A stretch of DNA of 64,000 nucleotides from an uncultured Verrucomicrobiota bacterium (GCA_964535555.1 CAZHUS010000011.1:16804-80803), one strand, 5' to 3'; positions 8,426 to 19,119 are shown, counted from the stretch's first letter. The notes: a model not told the origin generated them from the sequence alone. A program made the numbers and translations.

Positions 8426-10825
8426 TCATGGCAGGCCTTTCGAGCGTCTCAGGCCCCATTCCGTGGCGAAGCAGGCCAGGGCGGCCAGGAACATCCAGGG
8501 CGTGTGCCACAGGGGACGGGTCATCGGCTCCATCACGGGTGCGCTGCGCGTCGGGAGGCCTTCAACGAATTCGCCCAAGGCCGACATGGGAACCAGGTCC
8601 CCGCCGGTCTGCCTGGCGATGGCCGTGAGCAGCGGCAGGTTCGGCTGCAGCGAGCGGAACTCCTGCGCCGCCAGGTCGACACTCCAGCCTGCCTGAACCC
8701 GGCCGATCTCCATGCCGTCCGGGCCGGTGGCCACGGCCGTGGCACGGTACGCGCCGCTTTCGCGCGGCACGAACGTCGCCTCGTAAAGTCCGGCTTCCTG
8801 GAGTGACGGCTCGGCACGCAACCGGATGGTGTTCGTCGCGACGGCGGCGGCTGTTGCCACGACGGTATTGGTCCCCGGGAGCGCCTCACGGTTGGGGGCC
8901 ATCACCGGGTCGATGTCGATGGAGACGGTGGCGTCGTCCAAGGCTTCGAAGGCGGGATTGCGCACGCGCACCTGCACCGTGGCGATTTCGCCCCGCTCTT
9001 CCACGTTCAGCTCCACGCGCCGGGGCACGTCGGACACCAGCCAGCGCACCAACTGGCGCCACGCCTTCTCCATGTCCCGACGGGCGTCCGCATCGCGCAT
9101 TCCCCAGCGCCAGACATCGCCCACGAGAAACGCCGCGGTGCGCCCGCGTCCAAACCGTTGGGTCACCAGCGCCGGTTGCTGGTGTCCGGCTTCATCGTCG
9201 GCCACGGCGATCACGCTGGCGCCGGGTTTCACATCGCGCACGCGGTTGAAGACGAGGAAGGGAGGCATGCCTTCGAGGCGGACTTTCTCATCGCCTTCGT
9301 TGTCGCGGAGTCGCGACCAGGCCTGGAGCCAACCCTCCCGGTCGAGGTTGAGGCGCTGGGCGCCGGGCGGTTTCGGATCCTCGGGCCGATCGAGGTAGAC
9401 CGGGAGCGTGTCGCCGATGGGCGTGCGGTGGTAGCCGCCTTGCTGGAACGACTCGGCGCCGCCCAGCATCAGGAAACCGCCGCCGCGTTCGGAAACGAAC
9501 CGCTGCAGCAGGGCGGCCTGGTCCGCCGCGAAGAAACCGGCTTCGATGTCGTCGAGGATGACCGCGTCGTAGGCGTAGAGTTCCTCGGCGGTGCGTGGAA
9601 AGCCGCCGCGCAATTCGAGTTCGTCGCGGGTGTTCAGGCGCGTGAGCACCGGCTGGTCGTAACGCTGGACCTCCTCGCGCGACTGGTCGCCGAACCCGCG
9701 GAACAGCGGGTTGCCCGTCTCCCCGGCGCGGCCAATGAACTCGAACTTCGGCTCGCGGAGTGCGATGCGAATGAGCCCGACCAGTTGCACCTGCTCGTCC
9801 TCCGCCAGCGCGCGGTTGAGGAACTTGTATTCCCAGTTGGGCCGCCCGGCAACGTACAGAACTCGATGCGGACCCTGGCCGCGGTCCACGGGAAGCATGC
9901 GCGTGTTGTTCAGGAGCGTGGCCTCCCGGGACTCCGCTTCCTCGGTGCCGGGCGCCCGTTCCTCCCGCGAGGCGACGCGGAGTTGGTAGAAGGAGAGGCC
10001 CGGTTTGTCCGGCCGGATCTGAAAACGAAAGGCGAGCGTTTCCGGGCTCTTGCGGGTCCGGAGAGTCTGCTCGTGGGCCACGCGGCCGGTGGAGTCGAGG
10101 AGTTGCGCCACGACGGGTTCGCCGGCAAAGCCGGTCGCCGCCACGTCCGACCGTATGGTCACCGGCGCGTCTTCGAAGGCGGTCTGGCTGATTTGCGACT
10201 GTCCAAGTGCGAGGTCCCGAGCCGGACCGTCGCGGCCCATGACCACGGGGTACACCGGAGGCATCGAATCGCCCAGCTCAGCGGCGTCCGCAAGGTCGGT
10301 GGCATTGCCGTCGGTGAAGAGGAGCACCCCCGCCAGCGGCCGGTCGGAGAAGCGCTGGGCGATGCCTCGCAGCGCTGCGCCCAGACTCGACGAACGGCCT
10401 TCGAACGAGAGTTCGCCGAAGTCCCGTGTGGCATGCAGCCGGGCGTCGAAGTAGAAGCGGCGCGTTTCGAAGTCCGCCTCGAGCTTCTCAGGCCAGTTGC
10501 CGCTCCGTGGTTCGACGAGCTCGCGCAGGATCTCGCCACGCGAGCGGTTCTCGCCCCGGTCCTTCACCTGGAAGCTTTCGCTGTTGTCGGCCAGCACGAC
10601 AAACAGGTTGGCACCGGGGCGCACGCGTTGTCCGGACCAGAGCGGCTCGAGCAGGCAGAACGCGAGCAATGCGGCGCCCAGGGCCTTCAGGGCGGCGCAG
10701 ATCCCCTTCCATGATCCGGGCGGCCCCGAACGATAGCTCCAGAGCACGGCGACGACGGCGAGGCCCGCCGCGATCAGCGCCGGCCAGAACCAGCCCGCCC
10801 CTGAGAATGTGAGAGCGCTCAGCAT
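8426..10825 (-). CDS. membrane protein with a class-I glutamine-amidotransferase-like domain (Bat-like operon member)
   Basis: N-terminal TM helices: WFWPALIAAGLAVVAVLW and ALGAALLAFCLLEPLW. GATase1-like stretch: VLYVAGRPNWEYKFL...YDAVILDDIEAGFF...GGGFLMLGG. C-terminal TM. Lies in an operon with VWA/MoxR genes. Confidence 0.65.
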   Translation of the reverse strand: MLSALTFSGAGWFWPALIAAGLAVVAVLWSYRSGPPGSWKGICAALKALGAALLAFCLLEPLWSGQRVRPGANLFVVLADNSESFQVKDRGENRSRGEILRELVEPRSGNWPEKLEADFETRRFYFDARLHATRDFGELSFEGRSSSLGAALRGIAQRFSDRPLAGVLLFTDGNATDLADAAELGDSMPPVYPVVMGRDGPARDLALGQSQISQTAFEDAPVTIRSDVAATGFAGEPVVAQLLDSTGRVAHEQTLRTRKSPETLAFRFQIRPDKPGLSFYQLRVASREERAPGTEEAESREATLLNNTRMLPVDRGQGPHRVLYVAGRPNWEYKFLNRALAEDEQVQLVGLIRIALREPKFEFIGRAGETGNPLFRGFGDQSREEVQRYDQPVLTRLNTRDELELRGGFPRTAEELYAYDAVILDDIEAGFFAADQAALLQRFVSERGGGFLMLGGAESFQQGGYHRTPIGDTLPVYLDRPEDPKPPGAQRLNLDREGWLQAWSRLRDNEGDEKVRLEGMPPFLVFNRVRDVKPGASVIAVADDEAGHQQPALVTQRFGRGRTAAFLVGDVWRWGMRDADARRDMEKAWRQLVRWLVSDVPRRVELNVEERGEIATVQVRVRNPAFEALDDATVSIDIDPVMAPNREALPGTNTVVATAAAVATNTIRLRAEPSLQEAGLYEATFVPRESGAYRATAVATGPDGMEIGRVQAGWSVDLAAQEFRSLQPNLPLLTAIARQTGGDLVPMSALGEFVEGLPTRSAPVMEPMTRPLWHTPWMFLAALACFATEWGLRRSKGLP

Positions 10826-10991
10826 GGTCTAGGGAGCGCACCCTTGGGGAGCGCACCCGGCCCGGGTGCTGTGGCGGGCGGCTCGCCCGACACTTGGGGG
10901 AGTGAGAGTGATGTCGGAGAACCGACCGGCGGGGGCGCCCGTCGGAACACGCGAGGGCGCGTGTGCTCCTCAATTTCAACAGGTCCCGGGT

Positions 10992-13900
10992 TCATCGCTG
11001 CTTGCCCAGTTCCTCGTAGTACCGCCGCACCAACTCCGCAAAGCGGACCGGAACCGGGTCGCGATCAATCGGCACCAGGTCAGAGGCAGGTTCGCGCCGC
11101 GCAAGTTCCTCGGCGATCTGCTGTCGCACTTCCACCAACGGCTTCACGATATCGAGGCGAACCACGGCCCAGTCGGGCTTTTTCTGCTCCCGGCGAAAGT
11201 CCTGTCGCATCTGGCGGGCACGCTCCCGCGCGGTGGCGATGTCGCTGCGCAACGAAGGTAGATCCACCATCTCCTCGACTTCGCGCAACCGATCCGACCA
11301 GGGCCCGAACTCCTCGCCGGTGATGGGACCGCTGCCGCGGCGATTGCCGCCTTCCATAAACTGATCCAGGGCATCGGCGACGGGCACGCCACCTCCGCCT
11401 CCGCCATCGGGCGCACCCCTCTCCTGCAACGAGCCGCCCCGGCGCTGGTTCGAACCGTCGCGAGCCTGATCGGCATTGCGCGGCTGGCGTTGGCCGTCGC
11501 GCCCCGCTCCGGCGCGGTCGCCCGGAGCTTGTCCCGCTGCGCCGGTTTCGCCGGGATTCTGTTCGCCTTCGCCGGGGCCCGGTTGGCCGGAGGCCTGGGC
11601 TTGCTGCGGTCCGTCCCGACGCTGCCCTTCGCCCTGGCCCTGGCCCTGGCCCTGGCCTGGTTGGCCTTGATTCTGGGGCTGGCCGGCCTGGGCTTGTTGG
11701 GAATTGCCCTCGCCCGGTTGCCGTCCCGGCTGACGTTCGCCCGCGCCTTCACCCGGCTGGCGGCCTTCGCGGTTCTGCTCACCTTGCTCGGAACGATCGC
11801 CGCCCGGGGCCTGTTCGTCGTCGGCCGTGGCGGACTCGCCGCGTTCGGCACGCGCGACCTCGCGCTCGATCTGTTCCGTGAGCGCGTCGAGCTCGCGCTG
11901 GGCGGTGCGCAGCGCCTCGGTATCGTCGCCGAGGACGCGTTCGGCGGCGCGCTCAACGCCGCGGCGCATCTCGTCGATGCCGGCGCGGGCTCGTTCCTCG
12001 GCGCTGTCGGCCTGGGGCAGGTAGCCCTGGCGCAACATCTCGGCGGTGACTTCGAGGGACTTGGCGCCTTCGCTGGCGGCGGTTTGTTCGAGGCGTTCGA
12101 GCAGGCTGCGGGTGAGCATGCCGCGGTCGAGCAGCTCCTGCTGCATCTCCTTCACCACGGAACCGTCGTCCTGGGTGAAGCGCCGGACCGCGTCGTAAAG
12201 ATGCTGGGAAACGAGCGGCTCCGAGGCCTCGGCCTGTTGGGAGACCTGGGTGGCGCGCTCGACGAGGTTGGTGAGGCGGCCCTTCTGGTCGGCAAGTTGC
12301 TCGACGAGTTGCTGCCGTTCGGCGGAGTCGCTGAGACTCTGGCGTTCGGTGGAAGCGAGCTGGTCAAGCTCCTGTTGAATCGCCTCCTGCCGGCGCGAAA
12401 GCTCCCGGGCGTCGCTGCGCATCTCGCGAAGTTCTTCGCCAAACTCGCCGGCGCTCTCACGGCGCAGTTCATCGCGCATGTCCTGCATCTGGCGTTGGGC
12501 GCGAGTACCGGCGGCCAGGGCCTGGGAAACCGCGCCCTGCTCCGTGGCTTCGGCAGCCCGCTGCATGTCCTGGCGCGCCTGGTCAAGCTGCTGACGCTGG
12601 TCGGCCATGCGGGACTGCTCTTCGGCGCGGTCCATCCGCTGCTGAAGTTCGTCCACGTCCGCGAGCATTTCGCGTTGCTCCTCCTGGAGGCGCTTCAGTT
12701 CGCGGCGCAGTTCCTCGCGTTCCTGCTCGGTCCGGGCCTCCTGCAGGGCGGTCTGGAGTTCCTTCAGTCGTTCATTGACGTCCTGCTGACGGCGGGCGAG
12801 TTCGGCGAGGCGGTTCAAGACCTGGAGCTGTTCGCGGCGTTCGCTGCTCTGGGGCGCTTGCGCCTGGCGTTCCGTCTCGTAGCGGTTCTCGTCCTGGGTG
12901 AGCTCGAGCTGGTCGAGCTGCCGTTGCATTTGCTGCTGACGCCCGCCGGCCTGCTGGCCCTGGCTGCGATTCCGGTTGCGCGTCACTTCGTACTCGCGCT
13001 GCTGGAGACGCAGCAGCGCCTGGTAAGCGGATTGTTCCGCGGCAAGGGCCGTGGGCAGCGGTTCCGGGGAATTCACGGCTTCCTCGAGTTCGGCTAGTGC
13101 GAGCTCCATTTCCTTGAGGGCCGTCTTCCAAAAGGCGGCGGTGCGGGCGTCGCGGGTTTCGCCTGAGGCTTCGGTGGCCTGCTCGAGCGCCTGGGCCTGG
13201 GAGTCGCGCACGACGGTGGCATCCTTCGAGTAGGACTCAGCCACCTTCGACTTCCCCGTGTGATGGTCACGCTGCAGGCGCCAGGTGGCGTTGATGATCT
13301 GCTTTTGCAGTTCAGCCAGCCGGGCCGAGGGACTTCCTTCGCCCTGCTCTCCGGGTTGTTGTCCCTGCTGTTGCTGCTGGCCTTCGGCGCCCTGGCCCTC
13401 GCGGAAGATTTCGTCGAAGGGGCGCACCTCGGCGAAGTACATGTCGCCCGCCGTCCGACGCACCGCGCCGTCGGGACCGATGTCGTCTGCCCAAACATAC
13501 CAGGCGAGGAGCTGGTCAGGCGCCACGCCAAGATCCTCGAGCCGGAGCAGGTGCCGAAACGGGCGCTGCTCGCGGGCGGGCACCGGCCGACCGAGATCGA
13601 GATAACGCGTTTCCTGTCCCGCCAGCGTGTACGCGAGGCCGTGGGCTTCGACGCCGAAGTCGTCCCAAACACTGCCCTCGAAAGCGATCTCCTCGAGGGC
13701 CGACGGACGGCTGTCGCCGCGCGGCGAGGCGATCTTGAGTTCCGGCGTCCGGTTCTTGAGGGCGCTGAAAACGAACGAGGCCGGCAGCTTGTTGGTGCGG
13801 CCGTCGGCATCCACCAATTCGAGGTGGTACGTGCCGCTCGCCTCCAGCGTGAAGCCCTCGAGCGTCGCCGAAGGCTGGTTGGTGGCGACCAGGAGCGACA

Positions 13901-14966
13901 CGGGGGCTGGCAGGATGCCCGAATCCTCCGCGATTTGAGCCAGTGCCGAGAGGGTATTGGTGCCGGCGGGATCGTTCCGGGGGCGCGGCGTTCTTTCGCG
14001 ATCCGGCGGCACGAGCCGGGCCGACACGACGGGCTTGTTGAGCTGCAGGGCGAGGTCGATGCGCGTGCCCTCGACCGCGCTCAGGCGCCGCGTGTCTTCG
14101 ATGCGCTTCGGTTCCAGCCGCGTGTAAACGGGGTAGGTGAGATTGGCGTCGGCACGTTCGAGTCGCGGATACTCGAAGGTGGTGACCTTGAACTCCCGGG
14201 TTTCATCTTCGCCAAACTCGATCTTGTAGAACAGGTCCGAACTGACCCCCGGCACGGTGCCGCCGAACATGGGATCCGACAGGCTCTTCACCAGGGCGAT
14301 CCGGCGCGTCGAACCGTCCGGTTCGCGCACCACGAGATCCACGTTCGCGGGAACCGGTCCGCCAAACCGCGCCATCACCACCAGGCTCTCACCGCGCTCG
14401 AGTTGCGTGTCGCCGGGGGTGACGGTGATGCCGGAAGGAAGCCGCGGGCTGGCGGCGAGCCGTTGGGCGGCCCCCGGTTGCAGGCGCGTGAAGGCGAAGA
14501 CCACGAGTCCCAAGGCAAGGAGGTTGGCCGCCTGGCCCGTCCAGACCCGGGACCAGGGAATCACCTGCGGCCAGGGGTGACGGTAGCTGTGGTCCAGCAC
14601 CTCATCGACAAGACGCCGTTGCAGGAAGCCAGGTTCGACGTCGGGTTCCGTCTGGGCCTGGACCGCCGTGAGCAACCGGCCTTCCAGCTCCGGATGCCGG
14701 ACTTCGAGGAGTCTTGCCAGCCGTCGCCAGTCGGGTTGGGCCCGGCGATGTCTCCACGCCAGGACTGCCGCGGCGAGGAATCCGAGCGTTGCGGTGACCG
14801 GAAGGACCCACCGCGAGCTGCCCGCGAGCTCACGCGTCAGGGTCAATGCGGCGAGTCCGGCAAGCAGGGTGAACACCCAACAAACGGCGAGCTTGCAGGC
14901 GAGTTCAAGTTGACGCTGCCGCCGCCAGAGCGGCATGAGGCGCGACTTCAGGAAAGGATCATTCAT
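10992..14966 (-). CDS. large membrane-anchored coiled-coil protein (DUF4175-like), Q/E/R-rich
   Basis: The start MNDPFLKSRLMPLWRRQRQ at 14966 overlaps the upstream stop as ATGA. Two N-terminal TM helices are followed by long Q/E/R-rich coiled-coil and G/Q/P-rich low-complexity regions. Position after the BatA-like gene is typical for this family. Confidence 0.75.
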   Translation of the reverse strand: MNDPFLKSRLMPLWRRQRQLELACKLAVCWVFTLLAGLAALTLTRELAGSSRWVLPVTATLGFLAAAVLAWRHRRAQPDWRRLARLLEVRHPELEGRLLTAVQAQTEPDVEPGFLQRRLVDEVLDHSYRHPWPQVIPWSRVWTGQAANLLALGLVVFAFTRLQPGAAQRLAASPRLPSGITVTPGDTQLERGESLVVMARFGGPVPANVDLVVREPDGSTRRIALVKSLSDPMFGGTVPGVSSDLFYKIEFGEDETREFKVTTFEYPRLERADANLTYPVYTRLEPKRIEDTRRLSAVEGTRIDLALQLNKPVVSARLVPPDRERTPRPRNDPAGTNTLSALAQIAEDSGILPAPVSLLVATNQPSATLEGFTLEASGTYHLELVDADGRTNKLPASFVFSALKNRTPELKIASPRGDSRPSALEEIAFEGSVWDDFGVEAHGLAYTLAGQETRYLDLGRPVPAREQRPFRHLLRLEDLGVAPDQLLAWYVWADDIGPDGAVRRTAGDMYFAEVRPFDEIFREGQGAEGQQQQQGQQPGEQGEGSPSARLAELQKQIINATWRLQRDHHTGKSKVAESYSKDATVVRDSQAQALEQATEASGETRDARTAAFWKTALKEMELALAELEEAVNSPEPLPTALAAEQSAYQALLRLQQREYEVTRNRNRSQGQQAGGRQQQMQRQLDQLELTQDENRYETERQAQAPQSSERREQLQVLNRLAELARRQQDVNERLKELQTALQEARTEQEREELRRELKRLQEEQREMLADVDELQQRMDRAEEQSRMADQRQQLDQARQDMQRAAEATEQGAVSQALAAGTRAQRQMQDMRDELRRESAGEFGEELREMRSDARELSRRQEAIQQELDQLASTERQSLSDSAERQQLVEQLADQKGRLTNLVERATQVSQQAEASEPLVSQHLYDAVRRFTQDDGSVVKEMQQELLDRGMLTRSLLERLEQTAASEGAKSLEVTAEMLRQGYLPQADSAEERARAGIDEMRRGVERAAERVLGDDTEALRTAQRELDALTEQIEREVARAERGESATADDEQAPGGDRSEQGEQNREGRQPGEGAGERQPGRQPGEGNSQQAQAGQPQNQGQPGQGQGQGQGEGQRRDGPQQAQASGQPGPGEGEQNPGETGAAGQAPGDRAGAGRDGQRQPRNADQARDGSNQRRGGSLQERGAPDGGGGGGVPVADALDQFMEGGNRRGSGPITGEEFGPWSDRLREVEEMVDLPSLRSDIATARERARQMRQDFRREQKKPDWAVVRLDIVKPLVEVRQQIAEELARREPASDLVPIDRDPVPVRFAELVRRYYEELGKQR

Positions 14967-17062
14967 GGCGTTGCCTCCACAGTCGTGGTCCGGCGGGCAG
15001 CCCATCCCGCCAGCAGGGTTTCCGTGAGCACCAGTCCAAGCGCAGCCACGACGAGCCAGCGCCATAGTTTCTGGCGTCCCTCAAGTTCGGCACTCTGTAG
15101 ACGGGCCTGGTGCACGGCGGTTACGGCGGGCGAGGCGGAAGTTCGGGCGAGGGGCACTCCGAGACGTTCCAGGTCGTCGGGCGCGAGTGGCGCGGTGCGG
15201 CTTTCGACCGGATCCAGATTGATGGCGAACCGGTTCGTGGCGCCGCCGCGCACAAGCGTGTAAATGCCTGGAACTCGCGTCTGGTCGAACTCGGTTGCCG
15301 TGTCCGGCAGCGCGATCGAAGCACCCTCGGGGGTAAAGGCCACCCGCGCCTGTTGCTCCGGCGTCGCGGCGAGCCGAATCTGGTCCCCGACCTTGTGGAG
15401 CGCCGGAACGGCAGGCCGGACACCACCCAACTCGAGCATCGAGTACAACAAAGGCACGAACTTCGACGACAACGCGAGCTGGCTGTCGGCGGCGTGCCAT
15501 CCAGACGCCAAAACAAAGACACGCCCCTTCCCGGCGGTGACTTCGACCAGCGCCGGATCGCCGTTGTCGAATCGCGCGAGAACCGCGGCCGTTCCCAGCG
15601 CGTCGGCGTTCAGCCGGCGGTACTTCCAAAAGTGGATCTTCGTGAAGTCGCTGAATCGCGGGTCGGCGAAGGGAACAAAGAGCGGATGCCGGAAGTCGAT
15701 CTCGCCAAGCAGCCCGTAATTGGTGAACCGCCCCTCCTCGCCCTGCAGGGTCGCGAGCTCCGGGATCGCGGACAACGCCGCGAGGGCAGCCGGGGTTTTC
15801 GGTGCGAACAGCACGGTCTTGCCGGCGCGCACCGCCTCGGCCACGGCTTGAGCCGTGGCCGGGATCATCGGTTCCGTCACCACCAGCAGCGCCGCTTGGT
15901 TGAATTGGTCTGGACCCGGCGTGGAACCCGGATCGGGGGCGAGCAGTTCCACGGTCAGGCGGCGCGTTTGCTGCAGCGCCCGGGTGAGGAAATAGCGGCT
16001 GCCGCGGGTATCCCCGGCAGGTTCGGTTCCCAGATACAGGACGGCGGCGTTGGCCGGTTGAGGCGGGACGGCAAACAGCGTGTTGTCGAACGGTTCGTCG
16101 TCGCCCCGCAACAGGATGCGCTCGGTGGGAATGCCTTCCGGCGGTGGGGGCACCACGACAATCCGGTTCTGCCCGGCGGGCACGTACACCGAGAGGGGGT
16201 TGGTGACGTAGGCTCCCGCCGCGTCTTGCCAGCCGAGCTGGAATTGTTCAATCCGGGAGTCCGGCTCGTTGCTCACCCGCAAACGGGTGCCCGCCTCAGC
16301 GGGTGCGCTCTCGGCGGTTTCCGCCGCCAGTTGCAGGCCGGCGTTGCTGGTTTTCAGCGGCGGGGACGCCGCGATGGTGACCTCGATCCCCTTCGGCCAT
16401 TCGTACGATTGCAGCTTCTCGAGGTGGCTCCCGCTTTGCAGATCGCTGAAAAGCAGCAACTCGCGGCGGCTCACCTCGGGTTCCCCGGGCGCGACCTCGG
16501 CCAGCGCTTCCGCGGCCCGGACCAACGCCTCATCGAGCTGACTTCCACCCCAACCAGGGGCAAGATCGGTCAGGCGCGATCGGACCAGCCCAACCCGCTC
16601 GGTGAAGGGGGTGGCGCGCCATTGCTCGAACGTGACCAGCGGCGTGAGTTCATGGTCGTAGGCGAACAGGGCGACCTGGTCGTTGACCGTGACCTGCCGG
16701 AGCCAGGTCTCGACGCCAGTTCGCGCCGCATTCCACAGGCCGTCCCGCCGCATGCTGGCACTGGTGTCGAGCAGCAGCGCCACCTTGCGCACTTCAGACG
16801 CGGGGGGAGGCGCGGAGACCGCCTGCCGCCAAAACGGCCGGGCAAATCCCAGCGCCAGGAGCACGATGACCGCGCAGCGCAGGAGCAGGAGCAGCAGGTG
16901 CTCGAGCCGGTTCCGACGCGTGAGCCGCGGCGGCTCCGGACGAAGAAAAATCAGCGAACTGAACCGCGTCCGCTCCCGGGTGGTCTTGCGCACCAGGTGA
17001 AAGAGCACCGGCAACGCGATCGCGAGCCCCCCCAGCAGAAAGAGCGGCGCCAGGAAACTCAT
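14963..17062 (-). CDS. BatA-like protein: aerotolerance-regulator N-terminal TM domain plus von Willebrand factor A domain
   Basis: MSFLAPLFLLGGLAIALPVLFHLVRK...RLEHLLLLLLRCAVIVLLALGFARP, then the VWA MIDAS motif VALLLDTSASM. There is a 4-bp overlap with DUF58 upstream and with the DUF4175-like gene downstream. Confidence 0.8.
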   Translation of the reverse strand: MSFLAPLFLLGGLAIALPVLFHLVRKTTRERTRFSSLIFLRPEPPRLTRRNRLEHLLLLLLRCAVIVLLALGFARPFWRQAVSAPPPASEVRKVALLLDTSASMRRDGLWNAARTGVETWLRQVTVNDQVALFAYDHELTPLVTFEQWRATPFTERVGLVRSRLTDLAPGWGGSQLDEALVRAAEALAEVAPGEPEVSRRELLLFSDLQSGSHLEKLQSYEWPKGIEVTIAASPPLKTSNAGLQLAAETAESAPAEAGTRLRVSNEPDSRIEQFQLGWQDAAGAYVTNPLSVYVPAGQNRIVVVPPPPEGIPTERILLRGDDEPFDNTLFAVPPQPANAAVLYLGTEPAGDTRGSRYFLTRALQQTRRLTVELLAPDPGSTPGPDQFNQAALLVVTEPMIPATAQAVAEAVRAGKTVLFAPKTPAALAALSAIPELATLQGEEGRFTNYGLLGEIDFRHPLFVPFADPRFSDFTKIHFWKYRRLNADALGTAAVLARFDNGDPALVEVTAGKGRVFVLASGWHAADSQLALSSKFVPLLYSMLELGGVRPAVPALHKVGDQIRLAATPEQQARVAFTPEGASIALPDTATEFDQTRVPGIYTLVRGGATNRFAINLDPVESRTAPLAPDDLERLGVPLARTSASPAVTAVHQARLQSAELEGRQKLWRWLVVAALGLVLTETLLAGWAARRTTTVEATP

Positions 17063-18021
17063 GCGCCCCCTCCCGCATGGAATCGCGCTGCCCGCCGGAC
17101 CCTCCGCCCGCGGGCCGTCCGGCTCTGGAGAAAGTCAAAGAGCGCCAGCTCGAGCGGTTGATCCGTCCCCAGGCGGGAACAAGTCGCGCCGAGCCGGTCG
17201 GCAAGCTGCCGCAGCCCGGCGCAGTGGGCCTCGAACCGTCGAAGGTAACCTCCACGTGCCGTGCCCGGATCGAGCATCAGGGACTTCCCCGTCTCGACAT
17301 CCTCGAACAAGGCGGGATCGCGGAAGGAAAACGTGATTTCCGCCGGGTCGAGCACCTGGAACAGAACCAGTTCGTGACCCGACGCCGCCAGCTGGATCAG
17401 GGCCTTTTCCAGGCGGTCAACCGGTGCGAGAAAGTCCGAGAGGACAAGGATCAATCCCCGCTTGCGTACGATCTCGGCAATGCGCTCGAGCGGGGCGACC
17501 ACGTCGGTGCCGGTCCCGGCTGCCGGTTGTTCGAGCGACAGCATGAGCCGCCGCAAATGGCCGAAGCGGTGTCGGGGCGGCAGGTAATCCCGGACCTGGG
17601 CATCGAACGTGAGCAACCCGGTGGCGTCGCCCTGCTGGTGGAGGAAGTAAGCCAGCGTGGCCGCGAGCGTGGCGGCATATTCCGCCTTGGTGTAGCCCAC
17701 CGAGTTGAACGTCATGGACCGGCTCTGATCGACGACCAGGTGGCAACGCAGGTTCGTTTCATCTTCGAACCGCTTGAGAAAATAACGGTCGCTCCGCGCG
17801 AAGACTCGCCAGTCCAGGTAGCGCGGATCGTCACCGGGCGTGTATTGGCGATACTCGGTGAACTCGACGGAGAAGCCGTGGTAGGGGCTGCGATGGAGAC
17901 CGCTCCAGAAACCCTCGACCACCACCCGCGCCCGCAACTCGAGGTTGCGAATGTTCATCACCACCTTCGGGTCGATCAGCGATCCGGAGAAGGCGACTGG
18001 CGTGGCGGTCGTGGCGGTCAC
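17059..18021 (-). CDS. DUF58 domain protein (MoxR-associated)
   Basis: The GTG start at 18021 overlaps the moxR stop as GTGA. Motifs: HGFSVEFTEYRQYTPGDDPRYLDWRVFARSDRYFLKRFEDETN. Confidence 0.85.
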   Translation of the reverse strand: MTATTATPVAFSGSLIDPKVVMNIRNLELRARVVVEGFWSGLHRSPYHGFSVEFTEYRQYTPGDDPRYLDWRVFARSDRYFLKRFEDETNLRCHLVVDQSRSMTFNSVGYTKAEYAATLAATLAYFLHQQGDATGLLTFDAQVRDYLPPRHRFGHLRRLMLSLEQPAAGTGTDVVAPLERIAEIVRKRGLILVLSDFLAPVDRLEKALIQLAASGHELVLFQVLDPAEITFSFRDPALFEDVETGKSLMLDPGTARGGYLRRFEAHCAGLRQLADRLGATCSRLGTDQPLELALFDFLQSRTARGRRVRRAARFHAGGGA

Positions 18022-19115
18022 TTCGTCAGGGGCGACTTGACGGACTCGACGAGCCGGCGAATGACATCCTCGACCCGCACCCCTTCCGCTTCGGCGCGGT
18101 AATTCAACAGGATGCGGTGCCGCAGCACCGGGGCGGCGAGTGTCTGGATGTCCTCGATGCTCACATGCGAGCGGCCCTTGAACAGGGCGCGCGCCTTGCC
18201 CCCGAGCACCAGGAACTGACCCGCGCGGGTCCCGGCGCCCCAGCTGATCCACTGGTTGACGAAGTCCGGCACTCCCGGCTGTTGCGGGCGCGAGGCGGCG
18301 GCGAGTTGCACCGCGTAGCGCACGATTTCCTCGGCCACGGGCACCTTCCGCACCATTTCGTGGAACCGGAGCACATCGTCCCCGGTGAAGAGCGCCTGAA
18401 TCGGCGCCGCCGGCGCGGCGGTGGTGCGCAGGACCACCTGAACCTCGTCTCCTTCCGGCAGGTAGTTCATCACCACGTTGAACATGAACCGGTCGAGTTG
18501 CGCCTCGGGCAACGGGTACGTGCCTTCCATCTCGATTGGATTCTGGGTGGCCAGGACGAAGAACGGCTCCTCGAGCGCGTGCCGTTGGCCCGCGGCGGTG
18601 ACCTGGTGTTCCTGCATCGCCTCGAGCAAGGCCGCCTGGGTCTTCGGCGGCGTGCGGTTGATCTCGTCGGCCAGGATCATGTTCGCGAAGACCGGCCCGC
18701 GCACGAACACCATCTGGCGTCCGTCCGCGGCATCCTGGAGGATCTCCGTGCCGGTGATGTCGGCCGGCATGAGGTCGGGCGTGAACTGGATCCGTTGGAA
18801 GCGGAGGTGGAAGATGCGGGCGATCGATTTGACGAGCAGCGTCTTCGCAAGACCCGGCGCGCCGGTGATGAGGCAGTGGCCTCCGGCGAACAGCGCGATC
18901 AGGATCTGCTCGATCACCTCCTGCTGGCCCACGATCACCTTGCCCAGTTCGGCTTCGATCTGGGCGCGGCCGGCCACCAACCGTTCGAAGGTCTCGCGCT
19001 CGTTCGCGGCCGGAGTCGCCGCGGCGGCGGTGGGGTTCTGGAGGACCGGTGGCAGGGGCGGCGTCGAGGAGGGGGCCTGGCTTTCCGCGGGCGGCGTTGG
19101 GGTTCGATAGCTCAT
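18018..19115 (-). CDS. moxR: MoxR-family AAA+ ATPase
   Basis: Walker A LITGAPGLAKTLLVKS and Walker B MILADEINRTPPKTQAALLEAMQE. C-terminal lid motifs are present. Confidence 0.9.
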   Translation of the reverse strand: MSYRTPTPPAESQAPSSTPPLPPVLQNPTAAAATPAANERETFERLVAGRAQIEAELGKVIVGQQEVIEQILIALFAGGHCLITGAPGLAKTLLVKSIARIFHLRFQRIQFTPDLMPADITGTEILQDAADGRQMVFVRGPVFANMILADEINRTPPKTQAALLEAMQEHQVTAAGQRHALEEPFFVLATQNPIEMEGTYPLPEAQLDRFMFNVVMNYLPEGDEVQVVLRTTAAPAAPIQALFTGDDVLRFHEMVRKVPVAEEIVRYAVQLAAASRPQQPGVPDFVNQWISWGAGTRAGQFLVLGGKARALFKGRSHVSIEDIQTLAAPVLRHRILLNYRAEAEGVRVEDVIRRLVESVKSPLTK

Positions 19116-19119
19116 CGCA

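Noticed and set aside
10826-10991. A tandem 12-mer, GGGAGCGCACCC x2 (10832-10858), and the GCACCCGG-c-CCGGGTGC hairpin (10853-10869) in an intra-operon gap of the Bat-like cluster. I considered an attenuator or small regulatory element.
   Set aside because: The elements are short, GC-rich and consistent with the general REP-like background. There is no U-tract or other terminator or antiterminator feature, so the evidence does not support a functional element.
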